Shown here: one piece after another, positions 9,455 to 20,526 of the stretch
Numbering within the stretch: the stretch's first letter is position 1
How the letters are laid out: each line of letters opens with the position of its first letter
Assembly: GCA_902598735.1 (NCBI GenBank)
Contig: CACKCM010000004.1
Coordinates: forward strand, 3,787 to 67,786
Reading direction: 5' to 3'
DNA length: 64,000 nt
From: an uncultured Pelagibacteraceae bacterium
GTDB lineage: Bacteria > Pseudomonadota > Alphaproteobacteria > Pelagibacterales > Pelagibacteraceae
Translations under genes and position numbers: made by a program
The notes under the pieces: model-generated
What the model was told of the DNA's origin: nothing
Database searches by the model: none
Seen by the model: only the letters and a program-made list of their open reading frames with translations

Positions 9455-12184
9455 TTATTGGAGAACTTTCGAACATCTTTGGCATTTTTTTTCTAAAATT
9501 TTCCAACACCTTTCACATTTTTGTCCTTGAGCTTTTTTCACTTCGATCTTGATTTCGTCATTATTTGACAATGCTTTTTCTGCTTTTGAAACGATAAAGT
9601 AATCTGCTAAATCTAATTTATTAAGAAGTTCAAATTTATCTTTTTTAAGTATTAGTTTAATTTCAGCTTCTAAACTCGATCCTATTTCTTTGTTGGCCCT
9701 TTTCTCTTCTATTGCAATATTTGCTACTTGTTTAATCTTAAATAGGTTTAACCATTTTTCATTAAGCTTATCGTTTTTCCAGCTAGTTGGAATTTTTACG
9801 AAATTATTTTCATGAATACTTTCATTGTTGTCTTTGTTTACTAAACTATAGATTTCCTCAGTAGTAAAAACTAAAATTGGGGCAAACCACTTTAATAAGC
9901 TTTCTAAAATTATGTTTAAAACAATTACACAACTTTTTCTTTTTTTCGAATTTAAGCTATCACAGTAAAGAACATCTTTTCTAATATCAAAGTAAAAAGA
10001 TGAAAGGTCCAAAGTGCAAAAATTTAACAACTCTTTATAAAGTTTATGAAAATTATAATTTTTTAAATTTTCATCAACAGTTTTATTTAATAAAAATAAT
10101 TTATGTAAAATAAATTGCTCTAGTTCATCAAATTCGTTTGGTTTAATCTTTTCAAAATTTTGTTTATCAAAATTATCTTTCAAGTTTCCAAGCATAAATC
10201 TAAAGGTATTTCTGATTTTTCTATAGGACTCTGCATGCTGTATCAAAATATTTTTATCTATTCTTAAATCTTCTGCATAATCAGATGCTGAAGCCCAAAC
10301 TCTAAGTATGTCTGCACCATAGTTTTTCAAAATCTCTTCCGGAGAGATGACGTTTCCCATTGATTTAGACATTTTCATACCTTTGCCGTCTACAACGAAA
10401 CCGTGTGAAAGAATAGTTTTAAATGGTGCTTTGCCTCTAGTTCCACAAGACTCTAACAAGGAAGAATGAAACCACCCCCTGTGTTGATCAGATCCTTCTA
10501 AATACATATCTGCAGGCCACTTTAAATCTTTTCTTTTCTCTAAAACAAAACTGTGTGTTGAACCACTGTCAAACCAAACTTCAACAATGTCATTTAATTT
10601 TTCATAATCTTTAGCATCATAATCGTTACCTAAAAAAGTTTTGGCATCATCTGTGAACCAACAATCGGAGCCTTGTTTTTCGTAAATAGAGGCAATTCTA
10701 TCTATAATTTTTTGATCTCTTAATGGTTCTTTTGTTTTTTTATTTATGAAAATAGGTAGTGGTACACCCCAAACTCTTTGTCTTGAAACACACCAGTCTG
10801 GTCTTCCTTCAATCATTGACAAAAGCCTTTCCTTACCTTTATTTGGATAAAAAACAGTTTCGCTTATAGCTTTAACGGCTTTATCTCTTAATTTATTTTT
10901 TTGCATAGAAATAAACCATTGAGGTGTTGCTCTGTAAATTAATGGAGCCTTGGATCTCCAAGAATGAGGATAGCTATGATTAAGTTTGTCATTTTTAAGT
11001 AATTTGTTTTGCTCTTTAAGTTTTTCTATAACGATTGGGTCTGCCTTAAATACATGTGTATTTGTAAAATATGGGACCTCTTTAGTGTAAACACCCGCGT
11101 TATCAACTGTGTAAAGTGATGGAATATTATTTTTTAAACATAAATTAAAATCATCAGGACCGTGGCTAGGAGCACAATGAACGACTCCTGTTCCTTGCTC
11201 TAAGTTGACAAATGGTGCATCTAACATAGGAACGTCATAATCGAAACCCATTTTGGCAAATGGATGACTACACAAGGTTCCTATAAATTCTGAACCTTTA
11301 AAAGTTCTCAATTCTTTATAACTTTTAATTTCACATTCTTTAGTAATCGATTCAATTAAATTTTTTGCAACTACAATTTTATTTTCTTTAAAATGTTCAA
11401 GGTTTTCAATTTCTAAAACTGAGTATTCGATATTACTATTAAAAGCTAATGCTTTATTGGCAGGTATGGTCCAAGGTGTGGTAGTCCAAATTATTATGCT
11501 TGTGTTCTTAAGAAAGTCTTTATTGGTTTTTTTAACTTTAAATGCAACATAAATTGTATTAGAAGTATGATCTAAATACTCTACTTCAGCATCAGCCAAA
11601 GCGGTTTTTTCTACAGTAGACCATAGAACTGGCTTAAATCCTTGATATAAACTTTCATCTAAAAGAAATTTACCTAACTCTCTCACAATTTGAGCTTCGG
11701 CCTCGTAACTCATTGTAGAATAGTAATTTTCAAAATCTCCTACTACTCCTAGTCTCTTAAACTCTTTAATATGAACATCAATCCAGCTTTTTGCAAACTC
11801 TCTGCATTCTTGTCTGAAATCTTTAATAGGCACTTCGTCTTTGTTCATTTTCTTTTTTTTGTATTGTTCTTCAATTTTCCATTCTATAGGTAGCCCGTGA
11901 CAGTCCCAACCTGGTACATAAACAGAGTCTCTACCGTTCATCTGATGAAAACGAGTTATCATATCTTTTAAAATTTTATTTAACGCGGTACCCATATGTA
12001 TATGACCGTTTGCATAAGGTGGACCATCATGAAGTACAAACTTTTCTTTTCCTCTGGACTGTTTTCTAAGCTTTTCAAAAATCTTATTTTTTTCCCATTT
12101 CTTTAAAATTTCAGGTTCTTTAAGTGGCAAACTAGCTTTCATTGAGAAAGCTGTTTTAGGAAGTTGCAAAGTATCTTTGGACAT
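9455..12184 (-). CDS. ileS: Isoleucine-tRNA ligase (type 1)
   Basis: DGPPYANG, GWDCHGLPIE, WTTTPWT, KMSKS and a C-terminal Zn finger. Confidence 0.98.
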   Translation of the reverse strand: MSKDTLQLPKTAFSMKASLPLKEPEILKKWEKNKIFEKLRKQSRGKEKFVLHDGPPYANGHIHMGTALNKILKDMITRFHQMNGRDSVYVPGWDCHGLPIEWKIEEQYKKKKMNKDEVPIKDFRQECREFAKSWIDVHIKEFKRLGVVGDFENYYSTMSYEAEAQIVRELGKFLLDESLYQGFKPVLWSTVEKTALADAEVEYLDHTSNTIYVAFKVKKTNKDFLKNTSIIIWTTTPWTIPANKALAFNSNIEYSVLEIENLEHFKENKIVVAKNLIESITKECEIKSYKELRTFKGSEFIGTLCSHPFAKMGFDYDVPMLDAPFVNLEQGTGVVHCAPSHGPDDFNLCLKNNIPSLYTVDNAGVYTKEVPYFTNTHVFKADPIVIEKLKEQNKLLKNDKLNHSYPHSWRSKAPLIYRATPQWFISMQKNKLRDKAVKAISETVFYPNKGKERLLSMIEGRPDWCVSRQRVWGVPLPIFINKKTKEPLRDQKIIDRIASIYEKQGSDCWFTDDAKTFLGNDYDAKDYEKLNDIVEVWFDSGSTHSFVLEKRKDLKWPADMYLEGSDQHRGWFHSSLLESCGTRGKAPFKTILSHGFVVDGKGMKMSKSMGNVISPEEILKNYGADILRVWASASDYAEDLRIDKNILIQHAESYRKIRNTFRFMLGNLKDNFDKQNFEKIKPNEFDELEQFILHKLFLLNKTVDENLKNYNFHKLYKELLNFCTLDLSSFYFDIRKDVLYCDSLNSKKRKSCVIVLNIILESLLKWFAPILVFTTEEIYSLVNKDNNESIHENNFVKIPTSWKNDKLNEKWLNLFKIKQVANIAIEEKRANKEIGSSLEAEIKLILKKDKFELLNKLDLADYFIVSKAEKALSNNDEIKIEVKKAQGQKCERCWKILEKKCQRCSKVLQ

Positions 12185-13092
12185 TATTTTTTTGCCTGTT
12201 TTATATCAAATTTTATTTGTTTTTTTAAATATTTCAAATTTCTAAATTTTTTTTCTGGTCTTATATATTTTTTAAAACTTATACTAATCTCTTTATTATA
12301 TAAATTTTTGTTAATTCCAAAGATATTTGTTTCTAATAATAAATTTTGCCCATTAAAAGTTGGTCTATAGCCCACATTAGCTATACCATTTTTAATAAAA
12401 TTATTACTTTGTACTTTCACAGCATAAACCCCGAGTTTGGGGACAACGTAATCATTTAATTTCAAATTACATGTTGGAAAACCAATTTTATGTCCTCTTC
12501 TCTGTCCTTTAATTACTTTTCCGACAACAGTCCAATTACGATTTAATAATTTATTTATCTCAACTATTTTTCCTAATCTTATTTTTTTTCTTATAAATGT
12601 AGATGAAATTGTTTTATTATTTTTTTTAAAAGGCTTAGTTACAATATTTTTAAAATTATACTTTTTTTCAAATCTTTTTAAAGTTTTAATATTTCCTTGC
12701 CGTTTAAAACCAAATTTAAAATTTTTACTTACATATAAAAATTTACATTTTGTTTTTTCAAAAATAATTTTTTTAATAAACTCTTCTGCTGATTGGGATG
12801 AAAACTTTTTATTAAATTTTATTATTATTAAGAAATCTAACTTAAATTTCTTGAGCTGTTGCTTTTTCTGTTGTAAAGAATTAATTCTGTGGTTTTTAAT
12901 TTTTTTATTAAAAAACATCACAGGTACTGGCTCAAAAGTCATAGCTCCAAAAGGTATTTTATTTTTTTCAGCTTTTCGTTTGGCCTCAGTTATTACTTTC
13001 TGGTGGCCTAAATGTAACCCATCAAAATTACCTATTGCTATCACACCGTTACAGTGTTTTTGGTCAAGACTTGGATTATTATAAATTTTCAT
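12184..13092 (-). CDS. ribF: Bifunctional riboflavin kinase/FAD synthetase
   Basis: GNFDGLHLGHQ, ISST.IR, GFPT.N and GYRPT motifs. Confidence 0.96.
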   Translation of the reverse strand: MKIYNNPSLDQKHCNGVIAIGNFDGLHLGHQKVITEAKRKAEKNKIPFGAMTFEPVPVMFFNKKIKNHRINSLQQKKQQLKKFKLDFLIIIKFNKKFSSQSAEEFIKKIIFEKTKCKFLYVSKNFKFGFKRQGNIKTLKRFEKKYNFKNIVTKPFKKNNKTISSTFIRKKIRLGKIVEINKLLNRNWTVVGKVIKGQRRGHKIGFPTCNLKLNDYVVPKLGVYAVKVQSNNFIKNGIANVGYRPTFNGQNLLLETNIFGINKNLYNKEISISFKKYIRPEKKFRNLKYLKKQIKFDIKQAKK

Positions 13093-13093
13093 T

Positions 13094-13900
13094 TTACCAT
13101 TTTAATTCTTTTTGAAAAAAGTTTACTTTTACACTATATTTTCCTAAAAGTTTTTTAAGCTCAGTAAAATTATTGAACTCTTTGCGATGAACGCCTTCAG
13201 TTATAAAAACAGAGTCTATATTTAAATTGTTGGCCCCTTTTATATCTGTTCTTAAATTATCACCGATAGCTAAAACTTTTTCGTTTGAGTCAAAACACAT
13301 ATTGTAAATTTCCTTGTGTGGCTTCCCAAAATAAATTACTTTACCTCCGAGATCTTCAAACACTTTTGCTACTGAGCCTGCGCATAGTTCTTCAACACTA
13401 CCTCTGTGAACTATTAAATCCGGATTAGTACAAATTAACTTTTTTGAAACATGGTCTAATAAAATTTTTTTATAATAGTTCAAGTCATTTTCGTATTTGT
13501 CAAATAATCCTGTACATAAAATAAAATCGCAACTCTTAAGATCAGTTTTATTGTCTTTTACGTTTTCAAATATTGAAGAATCTCTAGCTGGTCCTAGATG
13601 ATAAAATGTCTTACCAAATTTTTTTTGATTTATGGCATGCATTGCTGCTTCACCTGAAGTCATTACATTTTCAAGGAATTTTTTATCCATCTTCATTTTT
13701 AAAAGAAAATTAATCACTTTCGAACTAGGCCTGGGTGCATTAGATAGAAATACTATTTTTTTTGCATGTTTTTTTAATTGGCCTACCGCTTCTATAGCAT
13801 TTGGGTTAAGAGTAACTCCATTATGCATTACTCCCCATAAGTCTATTATAAAAGTATCATATTTTTCGAATATATCTGCCAAATGGTTTAGTTCTTTCAA
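13094..13900 (-). CDS. HAD-superfamily class IIA hydrolase (TIGR01459-like)
   Basis: DLWGV, SNAPR, GKP and GDNLRTDI motifs; TTG start preceded by GGAG. Confidence 0.85.
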   Translation of the reverse strand: MKELNHLADIFEKYDTFIIDLWGVMHNGVTLNPNAIEAVGQLKKHAKKIVFLSNAPRPSSKVINFLLKMKMDKKFLENVMTSGEAAMHAINQKKFGKTFYHLGPARDSSIFENVKDNKTDLKSCDFILCTGLFDKYENDLNYYKKILLDHVSKKLICTNPDLIVHRGSVEELCAGSVAKVFEDLGGKVIYFGKPHKEIYNMCFDSNEKVLAIGDNLRTDIKGANNLNIDSVFITEGVHRKEFNNFTELKKLLGKYSVKVNFFQKELKW

Positions 13901-13978
13901 TTTACTAATTCTCCCCTTTTTCTCCCCTTTTAATGCTCATAAATATTGTTTATATTGGTTTTTTTAATGATTTTGCCT

Positions 13979-14006
13979 CTTGAAATATAGTTAAAACATA
14001 CCATAT
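13979..14006 (+). promoter_or_regulatory. RpoH (sigma32)-type promoter of groESL
   Basis: CTTGAA...CCATAT (CTTG-N18-CCATAT) matches the alphaproteobacterial heat-shock consensus. Confidence 0.7.
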
Positions 14007-14041
14007 CAACACTACATAAAAATTTATAGGAGAAAATACAT

Positions 14042-14338
14042 ATGAAATTTAGACCTCTGCACGATCGTGTGCTTATTAAAGTGCTAGACAGTGAGGAAAA
14101 AACTGCTGGCGGAATTATCATACCAGATACTGCCAAGGAAAAACCACAGGAAGGTGAAGTTGTTGCTGTAGGTCCTGGAGCTAAAAATGAAAATGGGAAA
14201 GTTTCTGCAATGGACGTTAAAGTTGGAGATATAGTTCTTTTCGGAAAATGGTCAGGAACTGAAGTCAAAATTGATGGTAAAGAGTACAGCATTATGAAAG
14301 AATCAGACATAATGGGAATTTCAAAAAGTAAAAAATAA
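14042..14338 (+). CDS. groES: Co-chaperonin GroES
   Basis: [24 protein letters not shown]; AGGAG SD. Confidence 0.99.
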   Translation: MKFRPLHDRVLIKVLDSEEKTAGGIIIPDTAKEKPQEGEVVAVGPGAKNENGKVSAMDVKVGDIVLFGKWSGTEVKIDGKEYSIMKESDIMGISKSKK

Positions 14339-14347
14339 ACTTTATAG

Positions 14348-16015
<1,668 letters not shown>

Positions 16016-16041
16016 TCCCCATTAATCTTAAACAAAAATTC

Positions 16042-16073
16042 AAAAAGGGTGGTTTTTACTGCCCTTTTTTTTT
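16042..16073. terminator. Intrinsic terminator after groEL, possibly bidirectional
   Basis: AAAAAGGGTGGT-TTTT-ACTGCCCTTTTTTTT hairpin with a long T run; A run on the other side faces the convergent ORF. Confidence 0.85.
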
Positions 16074-16845
16074 ATTCAATTTTTAACTCATCTTTTTTAA
16101 AAATTTTATCCTGATAATAATTTAAATACATATAATAAAATATTCTTTTAAAATTCCAAAATTTAATTCTTCTTGTAATATTTTTTTTTGTTGGAAATTC
16201 AAAGTCAAATACATTTTTAATTCCTAGTATCTTTAAAAAATCAAGGAATAATTTTTCATTATTATCTTTATTAAAATAAATGTAAAAGAAATCTTTTTTA
16301 AAAACTTTTATCCAATTTTTTATTATTTTTTTATTATTTAAATTATACTTCTGGCTCATAAAATAGTATTTATTTTTTTTATTAACATAATAATGGTGCT
16401 TTTCTATTTTGTTTTTAAATTCAAATACATTATCTAGATCTATTTTTTTTCTTTGTGTCATTTGTTGAGCATACAAAGAATAAAGGTAAGATTTATCAGA
16501 TCTATAATAAAAAATGATAATTGGCCTAAAGCCTAATTTTGAAATTGTTTTTTTTAAATATTGAATTTTTTCAGTATCATATGAAAAACAAGAGAAGAAT
16601 TCTGAGCTTATGATAAGATCAGTTTTGGTTTTAACTTTTGAGAAATAATTTTTAATTTTTTTAAAATTTTTTTTCTCAAAATACTTATATAAATACTGAT
16701 TATGAATTGTGTTTTTAAAATAATTTCTTTCATTAATTAACTCAAATTTAACTCTTTTTAAAGCAGTCCTATTTAGATAAAGAAAACTTTGTAAAGAAGT
16801 ACTCCCTGTTTTAAAATTTCCAATATGGATAAAACATCTTCTCAT
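16072..16845 (-). CDS. Hypothetical protein, P-loop sulfotransferase-like
   Basis: N-terminal HIG..KTGSTSLQ (5'-PSB-like), ISSE.F, and Y.R...SY..S.Y.Q; TAATG overlap with hisG. Confidence 0.6.
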   Translation of the reverse strand: MRRCFIHIGNFKTGSTSLQSFLYLNRTALKRVKFELINERNYFKNTIHNQYLYKYFEKKNFKKIKNYFSKVKTKTDLIISSEFFSCFSYDTEKIQYLKKTISKLGFRPIIIFYYRSDKSYLYSLYAQQMTQRKKIDLDNVFEFKNKIEKHHYYVNKKNKYYFMSQKYNLNNKKIIKNWIKVFKKDFFYIYFNKDNNEKLFLDFLKILGIKNVFDFEFPTKKNITRRIKFWNFKRIFYYMYLNYYQDKIFKKDELKIE

Positions 16846-17510
16846 TAAAAAATTTTGTTTAATTTATTTTTATTTTTTTTCGAAAAAAATAAACATGCGG
16901 TTGATTTTAAAATTAATCCATCTTTTAAAATTCTTAAATTGTTATCCGCTAAAGTTTTTCCACTTGACGAAATATCTGTTATAATTTCTGAAGACCCTAT
17001 AAAAGGATATGTTTCAGTAGCCCCTAAGCTAGATATTATTTTGTATTGTGTAATTCCCTTTGATATTAAAAAATCATTTGTCAAATTTGGATATTTTGTT
17101 GCAACTCGTAATCTTCTATTTCTTCTAGACCTTAAATCAAATGAAACCTCTTCAAGATCAGCAACAGTTTGTACATCAATCCAATCATCAGGAACTGCAA
17201 CCACTAAATTCGCGTAACCAAAATTTAATTTTTGTTTGACGTAAATTTTATCGCGTAAATTTTTTTTAGATTCTCTCATTAAATCTAAGCCAGATATACC
17301 TGCATCTAAAGTGCCATCGCCTATTCTTTGAATAATTTCTTTAGCGTGAAGGAAAATAATCTTAGTATTAGTTTTATTTTCGATTGTTCCAAAATAATTC
17401 CTTTCTTTCTCACTTTGTAAAATTTTTAGTCCTTGATTATTAAAAAATGATATTGCTTTATCTTTCAAACGTCCTTTGCTTGGCAGGCCTATGCTAATTA
17501 AATCTTTCAT
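16845..17510 (-). CDS. hisG: ATP phosphoribosyltransferase, short form
   Basis: GLPSKGRL, VATKYPN, GATE and DISSSGKTL motifs; no C-terminal regulatory domain. Confidence 0.95.
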   Translation of the reverse strand: MKDLISIGLPSKGRLKDKAISFFNNQGLKILQSEKERNYFGTIENKTNTKIIFLHAKEIIQRIGDGTLDAGISGLDLMRESKKNLRDKIYVKQKLNFGYANLVVAVPDDWIDVQTVADLEEVSFDLRSRRNRRLRVATKYPNLTNDFLISKGITQYKIISSLGATETYPFIGSSEIITDISSSGKTLADNNLRILKDGLILKSTACLFFSKKNKNKLNKIF

Positions 17511-18544
17511 ATGTTTTTTAAATTTATTGCTGCCCCAACAGCTGGGATATTTTTTTTGGCCCCTAAGGCTTTAAGCAAATTGTCATAGCGACCACCTCTA
17601 GCGATTTCTTTCTTTTCTGAAAATACCTCAAATACAATTCCAGTATAATATTCTACGTCTCTACCAAAATTTGAGATAAAATAAATATCCTGCTTTAGTT
17701 TTTTTAAATTCAGAATAGATTTAAAATCTTTAAAAATATTTTTTTCAAGATTATTTCTTTTTGTAAAATCAAATAACTTTTCATTTAGATCTTCTAGTTT
17801 GCAATTGATCTTTAAAAAAGATTTAATTATTTTTACTATTTTTTTTCCATCACTAAAAGATCTTGGATCTTTTATTTTTTTATCAAATCTTTTTAAAATT
17901 TCAAATACTGATCGTCCTGCAACTATTTTACCTTGATCGAATTTTTTCATTTCATAAAATCTTTTTTTATCATCATCAAAAGTTACTGCATCAATATCTG
18001 TATTTTTTTCTAACCTTTTTAAAAGTTCTTCAAAATAGCTAGGTCTCCAAAAGTGTCGAATTAGCCTTAACTTCCATCTTTCGGGCATATCAAGAGAATT
18101 GATAAGACTTTTAAATAAACTTATGTCTCCGACTTTAATTTTAATTTTTTTTCTTTTTATTTTTTTTGCAATTTCTAAAATTGTATTTAAAACTTTAAAA
18201 TCATCTTGAATTTGATTTTTTGATCCTAATATTTCAATACCTAATTGGTCATTGATAAAGTTTGTGCCCTCTTTGCTAGATCTTCTATATGCTTGACCTG
18301 AGTAATAGATTTTTGATGAGGATTTTTTCTGTAAGAAACTTACGCATGATGCTACTGTTAAATCTGGTCTTAAGCACATTGTTTTCCCATCTTCTCCCTC
18401 TAAAGTAAGCATTGAATTTCTAAATTTTTCCCCTGATCTTTCAATAATATAATTTGAGTCTAAAAAAACATCAGGTTCAGATAAAACAAATCCATTTTTT
18501 TTAAAAATTTTGATTATAACTTCAGATAATTTTTTTGATTTCAT
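17507..18544 (-). CDS. hisZ: ATP phosphoribosyltransferase regulatory subunit
   Basis: LRPDLT, YYTG.VFE, GGRYD and PAVGAA; lies between hisS and short hisG. Confidence 0.9.
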   Translation of the reverse strand: MKSKKLSEVIIKIFKKNGFVLSEPDVFLDSNYIIERSGEKFRNSMLTLEGEDGKTMCLRPDLTVASCVSFLQKKSSSKIYYSGQAYRRSSKEGTNFINDQLGIEILGSKNQIQDDFKVLNTILEIAKKIKRKKIKIKVGDISLFKSLINSLDMPERWKLRLIRHFWRPSYFEELLKRLEKNTDIDAVTFDDDKKRFYEMKKFDQGKIVAGRSVFEILKRFDKKIKDPRSFSDGKKIVKIIKSFLKINCKLEDLNEKLFDFTKRNNLEKNIFKDFKSILNLKKLKQDIYFISNFGRDVEYYTGIVFEVFSEKKEIARGGRYDNLLKALGAKKNIPAVGAAINLKNI

Positions 18545-19856
18545 TAATTAATTCTTTAATTTCAATTGATTTTTCATTTCCTGTGATTAAATTTCTTACA
18601 GTTGGTTTGCCTAATTTTATTTCATCCTCACCGTATAAAATAGCAGCAGGGGATTGAATTTTATTTGCATACTCCATTTGTTTTTTTAATTTACTTTCTC
18701 CAGGATAAATTTCAGCACTTATGCCAGCATCCCTTAATAATAATAACAAATTTATGTATTCCCTCATAAAATTCTTATCGAAAACACAAATCACCACGGG
18801 TTTTAGTCGTTTTAATTTAAATTCTTTTTTTTGCATGATCGCATATACTAATCGATCTAATCCAATTGATATGCCGGTGGCAGGAGCATCATAATTACCA
18901 AAGTTGTTTACTAAATTATCATATCTCCCTCCTCCTCCAATTGAGCCAAATTGTATTATCTGGCCTTTATTATTTTTTACATCAAATTTTAAATTTACCT
19001 CAAATATTAACCCTGTATAATATTCTAGTCCTCTTATAATTGATGGGTCGAATTTAAAATTACTAAAATTATAATTTTTAAAAATTTTGATTACCTCTTT
19101 TAAATCTTCTGTATCAGGAAGCTTTTTCTTCAATTCTTTTTCTATAATTTCTATGTTTTGTTTCCCCAAGTTTGCTCCTTTTGTGAAATCTCCTGATTTA
19201 TCTTTTCGTCCTTCGCCTAATAATTGTTTAACTTCTTCCCATCCTAACCTATCGATTTTGTCTAAGGCTCTTAAAGCAGTAAGTTTTTGCTGATTATCAT
19301 TTATATTTATTTTTTTAAATAATTCTTCGGTGATTTTTCTTGATGATATTTTTATTATATAATCTACTTTAGCTAAACCGCACCTTTCTAGAATTTCTGA
19401 AATCATTACACATAATTCTGCATCAGCTTGTAAGCTTTTAGTGCCTACAAAGTCAGCATCGAATTGTAAAAATTCTCTAAATCTTCCTGGTCCAGGTTTT
19501 TCATTTCTCCAAACAGCACCCAATTGATACCTCTTAAATGGTTTTGGGATTTCTAAAAAATTTTTTGCAACATATCTTGCAAGTGGCGCTGTGAGATCAT
19601 ACCTCAAGGATAACCATTTATTTTCATCCTTGAATGAAAATACTCCTTCATCTGGTCTTTCTTTGTCAGGTAAAAATTTTCCAATACTATCTGAATACTC
19701 AAAACTTGGAGTTTCGAGGTATTGAAAACCGTATTTAGTCATGACTTCTTTAATATTAGAAATTATGAAATCACGTACGAGTAATTCTTTTTCTTGTCTG
19801 TCAGCAAACCCCAATGGAAGTTCTTTAGAAGGTTTGTTCTTTTTTTCTTTTTTCAT
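18522..19856 (-). CDS. hisS: Histidine-tRNA ligase (eukaryote-like alphaproteobacterial type)
   Basis: LRYDLTAPLAR, WRNEKPGPGRFREF.QFDAD, RGLEYYTG and GGGRYD; true ATG at 19856, directly after the tRNA. Confidence 0.96.
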   Translation of the reverse strand: MKKEKKNKPSKELPLGFADRQEKELLVRDFIISNIKEVMTKYGFQYLETPSFEYSDSIGKFLPDKERPDEGVFSFKDENKWLSLRYDLTAPLARYVAKNFLEIPKPFKRYQLGAVWRNEKPGPGRFREFLQFDADFVGTKSLQADAELCVMISEILERCGLAKVDYIIKISSRKITEELFKKININDNQQKLTALRALDKIDRLGWEEVKQLLGEGRKDKSGDFTKGANLGKQNIEIIEKELKKKLPDTEDLKEVIKIFKNYNFSNFKFDPSIIRGLEYYTGLIFEVNLKFDVKNNKGQIIQFGSIGGGGRYDNLVNNFGNYDAPATGISIGLDRLVYAIMQKKEFKLKRLKPVVICVFDKNFMREYINLLLLLRDAGISAEIYPGESKLKKQMEYANKIQSPAAILYGEDEIKLGKPTVRNLITGNEKSIEIKELINEIKKII

Positions 19857-19860
19857 TTTT

Positions 19861-19937
19861 TGGTACAGCAGGGTGGATTCGAACCACCGACCCCTAGTTC
19901 CACAAACTAGTGCTCTAACCAACTGAGCTACTGCTGC
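19861..19937 (-). tRNA. tRNA-His(GTG), encoded CCA, no G-1, A73 discriminator
   Basis: GCAGCAG/CTGCTGT acceptor stem, TAGCTCAGTTGGTTAGAGC D arm, CTAGT-TTGTGGA-ACTAG anticodon arm, GTTCGAATC T loop, ends ACCA. Confidence 0.97.
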
Positions 19938-20175
19938 ATCCCTATTATTTTTATCCTAATTTTAATTAAATTTATATGTTTTTGATTATAAGCTAAGCAA
20001 TAGCCTAGCATGCATTCTGTGAGAATGTGATTTTAGAATAGATTTGATTCTTGTTTTTATAATCATAGTAACTGTTTAAAAAGAAATTATGACTTTTTCA
20101 AGATAAATTAGCGGGACAAAAATATAGCAAATACTAAATTAATGTCCCGTTAACCAGTGATTTTGGAAATTTAGA

Positions 20176-20388
20176 TTAAGATGTTTTCTGCAGTTTTACT
20201 GCTGAAGGACCTTTTTCTGTGCTCTCCACTTCAAACGTTAACTCATCACCCTCGTTTAAATATTTTAAACCAGCTTCTCTCACCGCAGAAGAATGGACGA
20301 ACACGTCTTTTTCTTTGTCTTCTCTTTCAATGAAACCATATCCTTTAGTACCATTGAACCACTTCACTTTACCTTTTAGTGTACTCAT
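20176..20388 (-). CDS. cspA: Cold-shock protein
   Basis: GKVKWFN..KGYGFI, DVFVH and GPSA motifs. Confidence 0.95.
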   Translation of the reverse strand: MSTLKGKVKWFNGTKGYGFIEREDKEKDVFVHSSAVREAGLKYLNEGDELTFEVESTEKGPSAVKLQKTS

Positions 20389-20526
20389 ATTTACTTGTTT
20401 CCTTATTATTATTTTAACTTTAACTAATTTTTTATAAAATTAGCGTTAGCATTTTAAATAGATTTGCTGAGTAAAAGTCAATAGTAGAAAAATATTATTT
20501 GACGCAATTGTTTTTTTGCAACAATA

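Noticed and set aside
13901-14041. CIRCE operator upstream of groES
   Set aside because: No TTAGCACTC-N9-GAGTGCTAA present; only an RpoH-like promoter
19857-19922. 22-aa N-terminal extension of HisS in the ORF track, and the plus-strand ORF 19741-19926
   Set aside because: Both run through the tRNA-His gene; the real start is the ATG at 19856
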